DNA of 64,000 nucleotides from Octopus sinensis. Its lineage: Eukaryota. Positions 13,048 to 26,202 of this stretch are shown here, piece by piece. Position numbers and translations under genes: made by a program. Every line of letters starts with the position of its first letter. Within the stretch, counting starts at the first letter, position 1. The notes under the pieces are model-generated. The model worked only from the letters and a program-made list of their open reading frames with translations. It searched no databases and was not told the origin of the DNA. The stretch is from assembly GCF_006345805.1 (NCBI RefSeq), contig NC_043000.1, positions 40,300,001 through 40,364,000 on the forward strand. The letters are read 5' to 3'.

Positions 13048-13257
13048 CTGTGTGTGTTTGTATGCCTGTGTTTGTCCCCCACCCCAACATCGCTTGACAA
13101 CCGATGCTGGTGTGTTTACGTCCCCGTAACTTAGCGGTTCGGCAAAAAGGGCCGATAGAATAAGTACTAGGCTTACAAAGAATAAGTCCTGGGGTCGATT
13201 TCCTCGACTAAAAGAGGTACTCCATCATTGCCGCAATCAAGTAAAAGAGTAAAAGAA
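12852..13257 (+). mobile_element. SINE family A, full length
   Basis: Collinear with 7470-7868, including the internal microsatellite. Confidence 0.9.
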
Positions 13258-13341
13258 TAGCTGCTTGCTCCAAAATTTCAAGTTCTGTGCCTATAGTAGA
13301 AAGAATATTGAAATATTGAGAGAACGTTAAAACGAACGAAA

Positions 13342-13580
13342 TACCTATTTCTTTACTACCCACAAGGGGCTAAACACAGAGAGGACAAACAAGGTCGGAC
13401 AAACGGATTAAGTCGATTATATCGATCCCAGTGCGTAACTGGTATTTATTTAATCGACCCCGAAAGGATGAAAGGCAAAGTCGACCTCGGCGGAATTTGA
13501 ACTCAGAACGTAGCGACAGACAAAATACCGCTAAGCATTTTGCCCAGCATCGTAAAGATCCTGCCAGCTCGCATCCTTAA
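13342..13580 (-). mobile_element. SINE family B, full length
   Basis: Reverse complement TTAAGGATGCGAGCTGGCAGG...GTTCTGAGTTCAAATTCCGCCGAGGTCGACTTTGCCTTTCATCCTTTCGGGGTCG; about ten homologues in the window. Confidence 0.9.
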
Positions 13581-14147
13581 TATTGAGAGAGCTGAAGACT
13601 AGCAAAGTAAATTTTAAATAAACCGGCAGAAGGGAACGGAAAACCATTGTTGTATCTTTCTCAAGATAACCATGAATCTTATCACATTGTAACATGTGTT
13701 GAATATATGTTGACATTGGTGCGTTGAAGAAACTTTTGCAGATGTTGCTGTTTCAAAATGTTGACCAATTCCGACTAAATTTCATGTTTCATTTATTCAA
13801 TTTAAGGCTGGTTCTTTTCCGCGATTGCAAACTACTTCCGTGAATAAATAATAATATATTATAATGTCGAGTGATAGCAAAATGTAAACTACAATTATAG
13901 GATAATCGATTCGCGGTAAACGGAAAAGAAAAATAAGTTATTTTAGGATTATTTACCTTACTGTGTAATCTGGTACTTCTAGTTTTTGCTTTAAAGAGAC
14001 ATGTTTGCGACAGTGGTGGTGGTGGTGTTGGTGGTGGTGGTGATGGTGGTATTGGTGAGAGTAGTGGTTATAGTAGTTGTTAGATTGGTGGTGATGGTGA
14101 TCATACCTTTGATCAAAGGTTCACGTGATCACGGTTAATTAGGAGCA

Positions 14148-15030
14148 AACCACCACCACCACCACCACCACCACCACCACCACCACCACCACCACCACCA
14201 CCACCACCACCACCACCACCATCACCACTACCATCACCGTCACCACCACCACCACCACCATCACCACCACCATCACCACTACCACCACCACCACCATTAC
14301 CACCATCATTACCACCACCACTACCTCATCATTAATATCATCATCAACAACGTCGTCGTCATTATCAACATCATCATCATCATCATCGAGAACAACTAGC
14401 ATCACTCCGAGCTAAAGAGTGAACTTCTAAGCAGAAGCTCTACCCGTGAGAAAGAGCAGTCAAAACTCATATCACAACCAACTGGCTTTAAAACGAACCG
14501 CAGAATACTTTGGTAATGCGGTCGTAATGTAGTTGGCAATACACAATGTTTGAACACACTGCATAATATTGCCATTAAGGTATTGTAGTGCGCGCACGAC
14601 TAGCAGGCCTTTCATCATAAATCTTTATCGTTCGAGCTTGACCTGGGGCTAAATAACAGCAACTAAAATTTTATAGGATCATTACACCTTGAAACATCTT
14701 TGAATGCATTTTGTTATGTCAAAGCGACTTGTGGTTGTACGGCATCATCGACATCAAAAACCTTTGCGGCCATCTTCAACACATTTACTAACTACCGTTA
14801 CCGCCGCTACTACCATCACCACCACAACTATCACCACCACCACCACCACCACCACCACCACCACCACCACCACCACCACCACCACCACCACCACTACTCC
14901 CACCACAACCACTACCAACACCATCACCACCACCATTAGCACCACGACCACGGCGACAACCACCACCATCACCACCATCACTACCACCATCACCATCACC
15001 ACCGCCACCGCCACCATCATCACCACCACC
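14148..15030. repeat. Two long (CCA)n tracts (14148-14330 and 14810-15030)
   Basis: Directly visible. Confidence 0.95.
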
Positions 15031-15496
15031 AAAGGAAACTGGATAACGTTCCAAAGATACACGAATAAAAAAGACGTGATGGTCATGACTGGAATACATT
15101 TGATCATAGATCTACCAGTACTGACACTGGGTGAACAACAACAACAATAACAACAACAGCCAAAACAAAAAAAAACCACAGTAACAACAACAGCAACAGC
15201 TGCAACAATTCCCCACCAGCAGCATTGCTATCGTGGTGTCTCATAAACCCATGTATAACCCAATGCGACTGGTTCTCTCCGACATCGATCAATTGTCTAA
15301 CGTAAAAAATAACAACTGTTCAGTCTACTAAAATCAATGATGTCATGTTTCCTCTTCATTCTCCCATGTTTTTTTCCTATTATCTTTATTTACTTCATTC
15401 ATGCATTTTTTTTTTTTTTCATTTTTTTCTGATATTTTTTATGCAACTACGTCTGCTTATCTGCATGTCTATCGCTCAGGTTAGCTGACTAGTTCA

Positions 15497-15830
15497 ATGT
15501 ATGTATGTATGTATGTATGTATGTATGTATGTATGTATGTATGTATGTATGTATGTGTGTATGTATGTATGTATGTATGTATGTATGTATGTATGTATGT
15601 ATGTATGTATGTATGTATGTATGTATGTGTGTATGTATGTATGTATGTATGTATGTATGTATGTATGTATGTATGTGTGTATGTGTGTATGTATGTGTGT
15701 ATGTATGTATGTATGTATGTATGCATGTATGTATGTGTGTGTGTGTATGTATGCGTGTATGCATGTATGTATGCATGCATGTATGTATGTATGCATGCAT
15801 GTATGTATGTGCATGTATATATGTTTGTAT
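15497..15830. repeat. Long (TATG)n microsatellite
   Basis: Directly visible; gives MYVC/HTYI ORFs. Confidence 0.97.
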
Positions 15831-16135
15831 GTCTGTCTGTATGTGTGTGTTTGTATGCGTGTATCTATGTGTATAAGTATGTGTGCATGTATACATGTAG
15901 GTATGTGAGATATGTATGGCAAAATACACACATAAATACATATGTATAGATATATATTTAACTAAATATATACATATAGGTTTATACGTACACACGTACA
16001 CATACACAGACGTAGTTGTGTATATATGAGTATATATGTGTATACACACGTACACGCATACACACACACGCACACATACATACATACGAAGATATATATG
16101 TATATATATGTATGCATGTACACACAGACACACAG

Positions 16136-16185
<50 letters not shown>

Positions 16186-16347
16186 ACAATTGACGATTTC
16201 AAGTCTATTCTCAGTATATTGGCATAGAAATCTTTTTTCTTTTGCCCTTGTTTATAATATTTTAGAATTTTCACCTTTAAAGGTATTTTAATATGCTGGC
16301 CACTTTGATGAAATTTTTTGGGGAAAAATTTTTATCCTACATTAGAA

Positions 16348-16461
<114 letters not shown>

Positions 16462-16604
16462 GATGTGAGGAAGAAAGAGATAGTGATTCAAATATAACCA
16501 TACGTATGCATGTTGCACATGTTATAATGTATTTCTTGCTATGCGCATACACACAAACACACATATACATAATACATACATACATACATACATACATACA
16601 TACA

Positions 16605-16635
<31 letters not shown>

Positions 16636-19600
16636 TTTACTTCCTTTCATGAACACAAACACACAAATCAATTATATACGCTGAAAGAACTACAATATAT
16701 ATTACATACACACACCTCACCTTTAATTGTTCCTGCTGCCAAATAGCACATAATTCCATCAACTCCCAACCTAATATCCACCGCCGGTACCACTACTCTG
16801 AAGACCCCACCCAGACTAGTAGCCCTAAATACCAAGCGAGATCCCTCACTTACTTCTCACCGGATTCCAACAGCCTTGCCAATGCAATTCCATTAGTGCC
16901 GGATGAATGCAATTTTGGGCAGAACACTAAAAGTCGAACGGAGATTGATTTTTCAGGTGTAAAATCTATTTGGAAACCATTTACTAAAATTATATGAAAG
17001 AATCGTTTTCTCCCCTATTTCCCCTTTATTTTCAGACGGGAATGGTTAGAGCGAAAGGGATTACTTTTTATTGTTCTTTTGTTGGTTGTTATCATATGCC
17101 TTTTTGTAGAATTCTTACAGGAAAAAATAAAAATCAGCAATCATTTGGATACCATTTACTAAAATATATAAAGGAATCGTTTTTCTCCTTTTCTTTATTT
17201 TCAAAAGGAAGAGTGTTTCTTCTCTCTTGAATTATTTTGTATGTGTGTTTTATTTCTATTAATTACCCTTTTGTAAAATTCCTCCAAAAAGAAATATTTA
17301 TTATTTCCTGTCTTTAGTTATGATGATGATGATGACGATGATGGTCACGGTATCTTGCATAGTAGTTTGCTGAAGAAGTTTTCCTTTCTCTTTGCAATAT
17401 TGTTCAATGCATCATGCGTTCGAATCACAATGAAACCAATTTTATATTTTAACAATTTCATCGACTGCAAAATATGTACCAGTAAGCACTGGTGGGTTGG
17501 TTCTCCGTCCATCTCGAAAGTTTAACTTTTAATTGTTCAAATAACAGAAATCTTACCCGTGAAATTACCATGTAAGTGGTTGAGTATTTAAATGAGAGGT
17601 GTACCTTTGACGCAATTAGCAAATCGAATCAGCATGAGAAGACTGGATATTTGAATCGCAGGTGGTTAAATTCAGGAAGACAAATGAATCGACCCTATTA
17701 CAGATATTTCATCTATCAACCTCTGTCGGATTCTTTTTTACGTATAGAAAACAGTTAATCTAGATAAAGTTATATTTGGTATCTCAGTCACTGTTGAAAA
17801 TTGAACTTAAAAGCCTACAAGCTGAAAAATCGTTACTTCTATATTCTATGAACAATAGAATAATAAAGTAATTAGGTTAAATACTGTTGTTCTGAATTTG
17901 CTGCAAAAAGTGGTCTATGTTTGTGGTGGTGAGTTGGTGAGTCTTTCTTGGGATGTCCTTTTACACTTACAGTAATTTAATCCTATCCAATTCTTAATAT
18001 TATCCACCCGTAACTCAACCTCTACTGGAAACAAAATCTTTGCGGAAGGAGAAAAATCTGCGTGCGAAAAACATCTGAGGCAGATGATATACTAACAGAA
18101 ACATTGAGAGCATTAGATAATCACAATATAGATCTAGTAGCTGTCATACAAAGTAATACAAAAGAATAGTTACATACGAAGCAAGTTAAAACTATCTTCG
18201 TTCCGTTATCAAACAAAAAAACCAAAGACAATGCAGAGTTTAGAATTAGCCATAAACCCAAGGAGTCACGTGATTGAACTTCTACATCTATTCTCGTTTC
18301 TCACTAATTCCTTCTCCACTGATCCGAGATAACACGTTAAACTAATTATGAACTGTTACACTTATCACGAATTAGTTTGTGATAACGCGGGTCGGTGATC
18401 AGTCAAAGATTCCGCTAGGACAGCAAACGAGAGTACTATCGACCAATTACAATGATCAGGACAAGGTAGGTTTCAGAATAAAACCTATTTCCCCCATATG
18501 CTCTATTATCTATCACTGATCTATTTACGAGGATGTCTATTTTTAGAACTAAACACCCACAATAAACAATGATAGATGTCGAAAAAGTGTATATTATGCC
18601 AATGTTACCATCAAGAACTAAATGAGATATTTTTTATTGGGATTTTGTTTTCAGCTGTGGTGTAATTGATTCATATGCATGAACACAATATAAGCAGAAC
18701 AAGCGAGCGTGGGAGGTTTTTCGTGGTCTCTCGTTCGTTAAATTCCCTTCAGTATCATATAACGTTTTAAGGAAAGGTTATATTAAACAAGGTATTCCTA
18801 TATATTTTTTAAAAGACATTGTAACGACTGGAATGTATCTGGTTATGGATCTCCTCAATTAGGATGGATTTGAGACCAAAAATCAACAGCAATGCCAATA
18901 TCAACAGAATTCAACATTCCCGATGAGTTTCATATATTTTATTTGACTTAACTTGAAAATGATAAATTCAGTCTATGAAGAACCCTTTATATGATTGCTC
19001 GATTTCCTTAAATAGCAATCAAATTCTCCTCAAAACACATCATACCGTAATAAAGTAGGATACATTCGACTCAATGAATTGCTAGAAATAGTAACCAAGT
19101 CTCCCTCAAAGTTCATCCCCTTCCCTTGTATATTGATAAACACGACTCGAACGCCTGTGAATATCGTTGTTCTCGATTAAGATTAACATGGGCTAAACAA
19201 CGCCAGCAATCAGGATATATTAAACAATGTTGTCTACGATTAACAAAATACAGGTCTGTCACAAATAGAACATTTTCATGATCATAGTTCTGCTTGATCA
19301 AGGATAGTATGAGAGTCAACCATAACAGCGTCGACGACAGCGACGACAACGATGACAGCTTATGCTCTTGAGATAATTACCAATGAATAATTCACAAAGT
19401 TTAACTGAATTATTTAACTGACTATTTGACATTCATTAAGTGATTCTTTCCAAATGTAGATCCTTTATCAAAGAAGAAAAAGATGACAAACCATCGTATT
19501 TATCAAATTTATCTTGTTATTATGACTGCAGTACTATTGCAAATTTGTTTCATGGACGGAATATCGTTTCTATAGACCTCTAGAAGTTCCAGTGTATGGT

Positions 19601-19686
19601 GTATTTGTTTCTATAGACCTCATAGAGTTCCAGTGGTACTAATGCTGTATTTGAACATATATAAAGCATTGATTCTCCCTAGGGAG

Positions 19687-19738
<52 letters not shown>

Positions 19739-20239
19739 CGTTGCTATTTTGCAAAAGTGTCATAAGTCCAGAACGAAAGAATAGATTTTCCATAGCAAAA
19801 CTGTAGTACTACACTTTGACAATTTTTGACATCTTGGCACCTGAAGTAGCTGGAGATACAATAGTTTGACCAAAAGAACTGGCTATTGCAAGCAAAAATG
19901 AATATTGAAAAAAGAACGCATTTGGACAAATTTGGACATACGACAGTTTAAAATAATAGCAACGATATATAATATGTGTTTTGCTCAACTAGGCCCCTTT
20001 TAATAGCCATTCTTTACTCTGTGAAATCGATCCCCAGAAAAGACATCGGAGTCTAAGCTTGAATCTTTTGTGCAATACTAAGTCTCTTCTATACTGAGAA
20101 TCTCTAAATCTCAACTGTGGACTATCTCTCTCTCTCTCTCTCGCGCGCGCGTGTGTGTGTATCTATGTATATATATATGTATCAGACGAAGATAAAACAG
20201 GTTTTAATTATTGATATATTCATTTATTTAAAATGCATT

Positions 20240-20441
20240 TTCTGTTGTGTCTGGGGAGAGTCATTTTCTTTTTGTGCCCTATTATGTAACACACTCACCG
20301 GTAAAATTTCCACTTCTTTTTCTTATTTTTATTGTCCTAAAATTTTCGTTACGTCTTGCAAGACGCAACGAAAATTTTACCGGTGAGTGTGTTACATAAT
20401 GAGGCACAAAAAGAAAATGACTCTCCCCAGACACAGCAGAA
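20240..20441. repeat. ~70 bp-arm inverted repeat with a nested 40 bp palindrome
   Basis: 20240-20309 is the reverse complement of 20372-20441 with about 3 mismatches; AAAATTTTCGTTACGTCTTGCAAGACGCAACGAAAATTTT at 20339-20378. Confidence 0.92.
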
Positions 20442-21268
20442 TAAGCTTCAACACACGAACTCATATAAAGAATCTTGCAAACCAAATCCCAAACCCAAAT
20501 AAAATGCATTCATTTTAAATTTAGATTGTTTTCTGAACGTCACCTTGAAGCGGGAGATAAGAGAATGATGATCAAGGAATGACATAAGCTTCAAGTCTTC
20601 AGTGACATTTGCTTCTAACAACATGAAACGATCTTTTTTTTACTCTCGTACTTTTCGCACCTCATTTGAGATCAAGCTTTCGAGGATACCGTCTTACAAA
20701 ATACACCATATTCAGCTACATACATAAAAAAATAACTAACTTCAACGGAAGCGTTCTGCTCACTTGAATTTTACATGATAATTTCTGTTTTGTCAAATTG
20801 ATTCCTTATGAGATGCTATTTATTTATTTATTTTTATTCTCAAGTTGACAGTCGAAGCCCTACTCATTCCGCCCTACTCATTTTGCAATAACACTCTTCT
20901 TTACTCCTCTGACTCTTTTCGAATAATCTTTAGGTCGGTGTCGAAAGATACTGCTTCGCGCTTACGCGATAGGAAGGAGTTACAAGAGTAATAAATCAAT
21001 TTTTTTCAAAAAGTTTCTTTTTTAAGAATACTTTTTTTAAAAAATAATTACTACTCAAGCAGTAGAATGTAGCACGAGTTAACACTTGAGAATGCAAAAG
21101 CAAACCAAGTGTGACTAACTGGTTTACAACGAAAACGATTTCCTTTTTTCGGAATTTTGGTTGTGAAAGTGGCTGTAATATTAATTAAGCTTTGTTATGA
21201 CGGGAGTTCAATCACAAAGGTAGAATAAAGCGAAGCACTGGTATACACATTGGCGGACACATGCTCAC

Positions 21269-21301
<33 letters not shown>

Positions 21302-21422
21302 TGTATGTATGTATGTATGTATGTATGTATGTATGTATGTATGTATGTATGTATACATATGTACATATTGCATACATGCATGCACACATACTTGCAATTA
21401 TATATATACACATGCGTGTGTA

Positions 21423-21834
21423 TGTGTGGTAAGAAGCTTGCTTCCCAACCACATGTTCCCGGGTTCAGTTCCACTGCATGGCACCTTGGCCAGGTGTCTT
21501 CTGCTGTAGCCTAGTGAGTGAATTTGGTAGGTGGAAACTGAAAGAAACCCGTCGTATATACATATACATGTGTGTGTGTGTGTGTGTATGTGTGTGTATG
21601 TGTGTGTGCATGTGGTGTGCGTGTCTTTGTGTCTGTGTTTGTCTACCGATCACTGCTTGAGAACCAGTGTTGACGTGTTCACGCTCCCGTAACTTAGCGG
21701 CTCGACAAAAGAACCGATAGAATAAGTACTAAGCTTTAAAAAATAAGACCTAGTGTCAATTTGTTCGACTAAAATTTTTCAAGACGGTGCGCCAGTACGT
21801 GGCGAAATGATTGAAACAAGTAAAAGAATAAAAG
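21423..21834 (+). mobile_element. SINE family A, diverged
   Basis: Collinear with 7470-7868, with a small internal deletion. Confidence 0.85.
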
Positions 21835-22081
21835 TTTCTATACATACATACATTACATACATACATACATACAGAATTGCAGGAGATTTTGAAATCGTCT
21901 GGACGCCGTGTACAATGCCGATTTTATTAAATAAATTTACCGTTTAGTATTTCAAGATATTTTATGTAATTTTGGTAAATATATCTGTTGAAATGTTACT
22001 TTTATTTTTGCGTAATTTAGAAGACTATATGTATTCACCGCACCCGGTATATATATTTATACATACATACATATATATACA

Positions 22082-22194
<113 letters not shown>

Positions 22195-22439
22195 TATATA
22201 TATATGTGTGTGTGTGTGTATATACATATATATATTTATGTATATATATACACAGAGAGAGTGAGAAGAGAGAGAAAGAGAGAAAGTGAGAGAGAGGGTT
22301 AGACGGACAGTGCGGGGGAATGAGAGAGAAAATGTTTAAGTACACGAGGGTATATGTATGTGTAAAATTGCTGGTCTCTTATTTCCCAACCTTTCTCTGC
22401 AGATATGCTCATACATGCATTTACACACACACACACACA

Positions 22440-22470
<31 letters not shown>

Positions 22471-22953
22471 CTTTCTCATTCTCTCTTTCCCTTACTCTCT
22501 CTTTTCTCTCTCTTTCTCCTCTCTGTTTTCAGCATCCATCATATCTACTGGATACCGCCATACGCTTTCATCCATTGATCCATCTTATATATTCGTTAGT
22601 CACCTGTCCTTCTATAGACTGATAAACGGTTCAATATTTCACCGATATATAATCTGTCTGTACTTACTTTACCTGAGAAAAAAAACTGAACGCCAGCCAT
22701 TCAGTATTCCTGATGATGGGGAAGGGGAAATCGAGCGGGCAAGCGATGGAAAAGGGATTCTTTCTCATCTCTCTCTATATATATATTCTTTCTTGTTGCT
22801 ATAGTTGTTATTACTGTTGTAACTGTTAGCATTACTTCTCTTGCCAATTATAATAAGACCAATCAAGGAGATCGTTTAATAGACCTAAACCGGAATTTGT
22901 CCTAATTGAAAAGAGAAAGATAACAAAAGGAAACACAAAACAGTATACAATAA

Positions 22954-22987
<34 letters not shown>

Positions 22988-23064
22988 TATTATTATTATT
23001 ATATTATTATTATTATTATTAAGACGGCTCCCATTGTCTGTCTGACTCCCTCTCTCTCTCTCTC

Positions 23065-23222
23065 TTAAGGCGACGAGCTGGCAGAATCATCAGCGGCATT
23101 CAAACTCCGCCGAAGCCGGTCGAGGTCGATAAAATAAGTACCAGTTGATCACTGGAGTCGATGTAATCGATTTACTCCTTCCCTCCCTCTAAAATTGCTG
23201 GTCATGTGCCTATGATAGAAAG
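23065..23222 (+). mobile_element. SINE family B, internally deleted, followed by (CTA)n(TTA)n at 23223-23330
   Basis: TTAAGGCGACGAGCTGGCAGAATC head and AATAAGTACCAGTT...GTCGATGTAATCGA body. Confidence 0.8.
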
Positions 23223-23223
23223 G

Positions 23224-23305
<82 letters not shown>

Positions 23306-23329
23306 TTACTACTACTATTATTATTATTA

Positions 23330-23810
23330 TTTCACTTCTCAGAGCTCTCGATTTCAGTTGTTCCGGCTAATTCTGTAAGAGCGGATAACCTATTGTCAAG
23401 GGTCTCATAGGGTCTCTTTTCACGATACTTAACACCCAAGTACAAATGTCAAAATCCTCGCTGTTCCCAATAAAACAGTTTTATGAGCATGTTCTACCCT
23501 CATGACAATCCTAATTTCTCCAAGAAATTTCCCAAACCTTATTGTTACTATTCCCAGTCCACCTACAACTATTTGGATGCCAGTTACTCTTTTTAATGCC
23601 CACATTCATGCATTTTCATCCTTTTGTAGCATATACTTCTCAATCTTTTCCAGCTCTGTCACCCACTCGTACATTTCCATGTATGGCAATATCTATGACA
23701 TCGGTTTCCTTTTTATCCACTACCACAATGTCTGGCCTCTGAGCATCAATCACTGAGTCATACAGGATTGTAAAATCTCATAACGCTATCTTGGATGCAT
23801 GTTTAAACTG
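23330..23810 (-). mobile_element. 3' end of an R4/Dong-like non-LTR retrotransposon (restriction-like endonuclease domain)
   Basis: Minus-strand DFTILYDSVIDAQRPDIVVVDKKETDVIDIAI...ELEKIEKY...IVVGGLG...EHAHKTVLLGTARIL, then a 3' UTR ending in (TAA)n. Confidence 0.85.
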
Positions 23811-23857
23811 AATGTGATTAACAGATAGTAGAGAAGGTGCAAAAGCCTCGCAAAAAC

Positions 23858-23980
23858 CTTCAAAAGCCTGATGAGACGTTCACAATATCCTGATAGATTC
23901 CAGCTGGATTTCCCGAATGTGTCAACGTGGACATGGACTAACAACATCGGGTCATCCAGATCGCATCTAGATGGAATGTT
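23858..23980 (-). CDS. Candidate isolated coding exon (NIPSRCDLDDPMLLVHVHVDTFGKSSWNLSGYCERLIRLLK), product unknown
   Basis: Good acceptor ttattttatctacag, 123 nt open phase 0-0 frame, weak gttttt donor. Confidence 0.25.
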
Positions 23981-24419
23981 CTGTAGATAAAATAACAAGT
24001 TTTTCACAATTTAAAATCGTCGACTACACAAACCACAAATTTGTAATCTATTCGATCAACCTATATAGACTTCGTAGGCTTCCGTTCTTGTCTGACCGGA
24101 TTGTAGTGTGTGCTCTTCCATTTTGGCCAGGCGCTCCACTCATTGTCGACACCCGCTGAGTGGAGGACTGGATATATCGTAGCTAATGATGTGCAGATAT
24201 GCTCTGAAGTTTCGGTATCTCTAGCATTTTCTTGACGATAAGAGGTGTGGTCTTCCTTTATCAAATTCGCTCCACAGCTCATCCTTTGACAAAGTTACGG
24301 TCCTAGATCAATTAAAACCTGGGAGAAGACACTTGGTATTTGGAATGTTATCAAGCGCTCACAGCTCTTTCTCAGTCAGACAATGTAATCATTGGGAATT
24401 CCACGTTAGCGCTCTAAAG

Positions 24420-24660
24420 TGAAGACACGTGACCTTACGGTTATAGCGTTGCAGTCGTGATTGTAAGATCGTGCTTTCTATTACAAGACGGGGAAATGCG
24501 TTGTATTCTTGCGCAAAACACATCATATCATATTGCTCCCGTCCACTCAAATGTAAATGGATAATCCTGTGATGGATTGGCGTCCAGTTCACAGAGAATA
24601 TTGCGGTCTCGGTCATTTGCATGCCTTGAAAACAGGTTAACCAGCCCTACGAGTCCTGGA
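24420..24660 (+). mobile_element. SINE family D, degenerate
   Basis: GTGAAGACACGTGACC...GATTGTAAGATCGTG...GCGTTGTATTCTTGCGCAAAACAC aligns with the reverse complement of 7921-8153. Confidence 0.65.
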
Positions 24661-24834
24661 TCTTGAGGCAATAATGTACAGTGGATGATGATGATGATGA
24701 TGATGATATGATGATGATGATATGATGATGATGATGATGATGGATGATGATGATGATGACGACGACGACGACGATGACGACGATGATGATGGTGATGACG
24801 ACGATCATCATGGTGATGACGGTTTTGACTTCTA

Positions 24835-25330
24835 CAAAGGATTATTGACGGGCAAAAGCGATGACGTTCTTGAGAAAACTCTACGAGTCGACTAGCTGGT
24901 CTGTTCCGAAGGATTTTTGGTCCGGGGCCTATGGATAATTTCCAGTAAGCCCTGGTCTGACGTGGCTTCTGGAGGCATTGTTGGTTCGATAAAATCACTA
25001 TAAATACAATGGTGTCGGCAGCTGGACCTGTCCGAGATACAGCCAGAGCGATGAAACTGTTCTGCATGCAGTCGACAATGCTCGAGCATTGCCGATTTAT
25101 GGGTTTATGTCGGACAGTTGTTTTCAAGTGCAGGACGGGTCTGTCTATCAGCCTAATCCGTTGTGAAGATTGCTCTACTGCCTTCCTTTGGACGGTATGG
25201 ACAGGCAATTTTTATCTGAAAGAGATTGTGCGGTGGACGAGACTGAATGAGCAGAAGAAAAACTTTTCCTCTTTGACCAAAACCTCATAAAGTTTTACAG
25301 GTTTCACTTAAAAAGGAAAGCTGGGTCAGT
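24835..25330 (+). mobile_element. Tx1/L1-clade LINE ORF2 C-terminal (zinc-binding region) remnant
   Basis: RIFGPGPMDNFQ...WTCPRYSQSDETVLHA...ADLWVYVGQL...KEIVRWTRL...FHLKRK across frames; CxxC...ET.LH pattern. Confidence 0.6.
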
Positions 25331-26141
25331 GATCCCCTTTTATTTTCTTTGGTAGGTTTGTCAGCCTTTTTACAGGTCAAATAACCACTGACTAGCTTCC
25401 TTATTCTCTGGGACTGGGGGAATTTATCTTTTACTTCTACTGAGCTCCATTTACACGACCACATCTAGTTATCTCTTTAATCAAATGTGTTACAGACATG
25501 GCTACGGCTTCTTTTGTTCAGGCATAATGTATTTAGGACGAAATTAAGCAATGTAGCTATTTTAAAAGACGTGGTTGGTGATTAATTTGAGGAAGATGAA
25601 CTGATATTTCTAGTAAAACTGACGCCGTGTAGATGTTTCTTCGCTTTATCAGGGCTGGGCTGGAGATAAAAAGCTAATCGTGAAGACCCATGATAAAATA
25701 CATTACTTTTCAATTTGAGGGATGAATTAGAAGTGCATATGAACCTGCGGGGAAACATCTATTCTGAAGAAAATTACGGTGCAAGTTATGTTAAATGAAT
25801 GTTTGGCTGTTAATCACTAAGCTTTTATCTTCATGAAAATATTTAGAGAATTCATCCACAAGAAATTCTGAATGTAAATGCTGGCGAGGGTATCCCCACA
25901 TATAAATCTACATTGACTCGTCTGCTTGGCGTTGACCAGTCTCGGAAGTGGGAGTAAAATATTCAAACGATTTATAAACTCTTCAATGGAAGCTATCGTT
26001 GCTTTACCGACTACCTTAGATAAACAATTATAAATTTTATAACCCATCTCTCGAAAGGGAATCCCGGAATAACAATGTTTTCACTCGTCTGGAAACTTCT
26101 ATGTATATGTACTGATACATACATACATACACACACACACG

Positions 26142-26202
<61 letters not shown>

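Noticed and set aside
16715-16925. Two strong minus-strand donors (GTAAGTG, GTGAGGT) that could join FCPKLHSSGTNGIALARLLESGE to KVVVPAVDIRLGVDGIMCYLAAGTIK
   Set aside because: It needs a ~56 nt intron with a poor polypyrimidine tract, and the resemblance to glycosyltransferase motifs is too weak to support.
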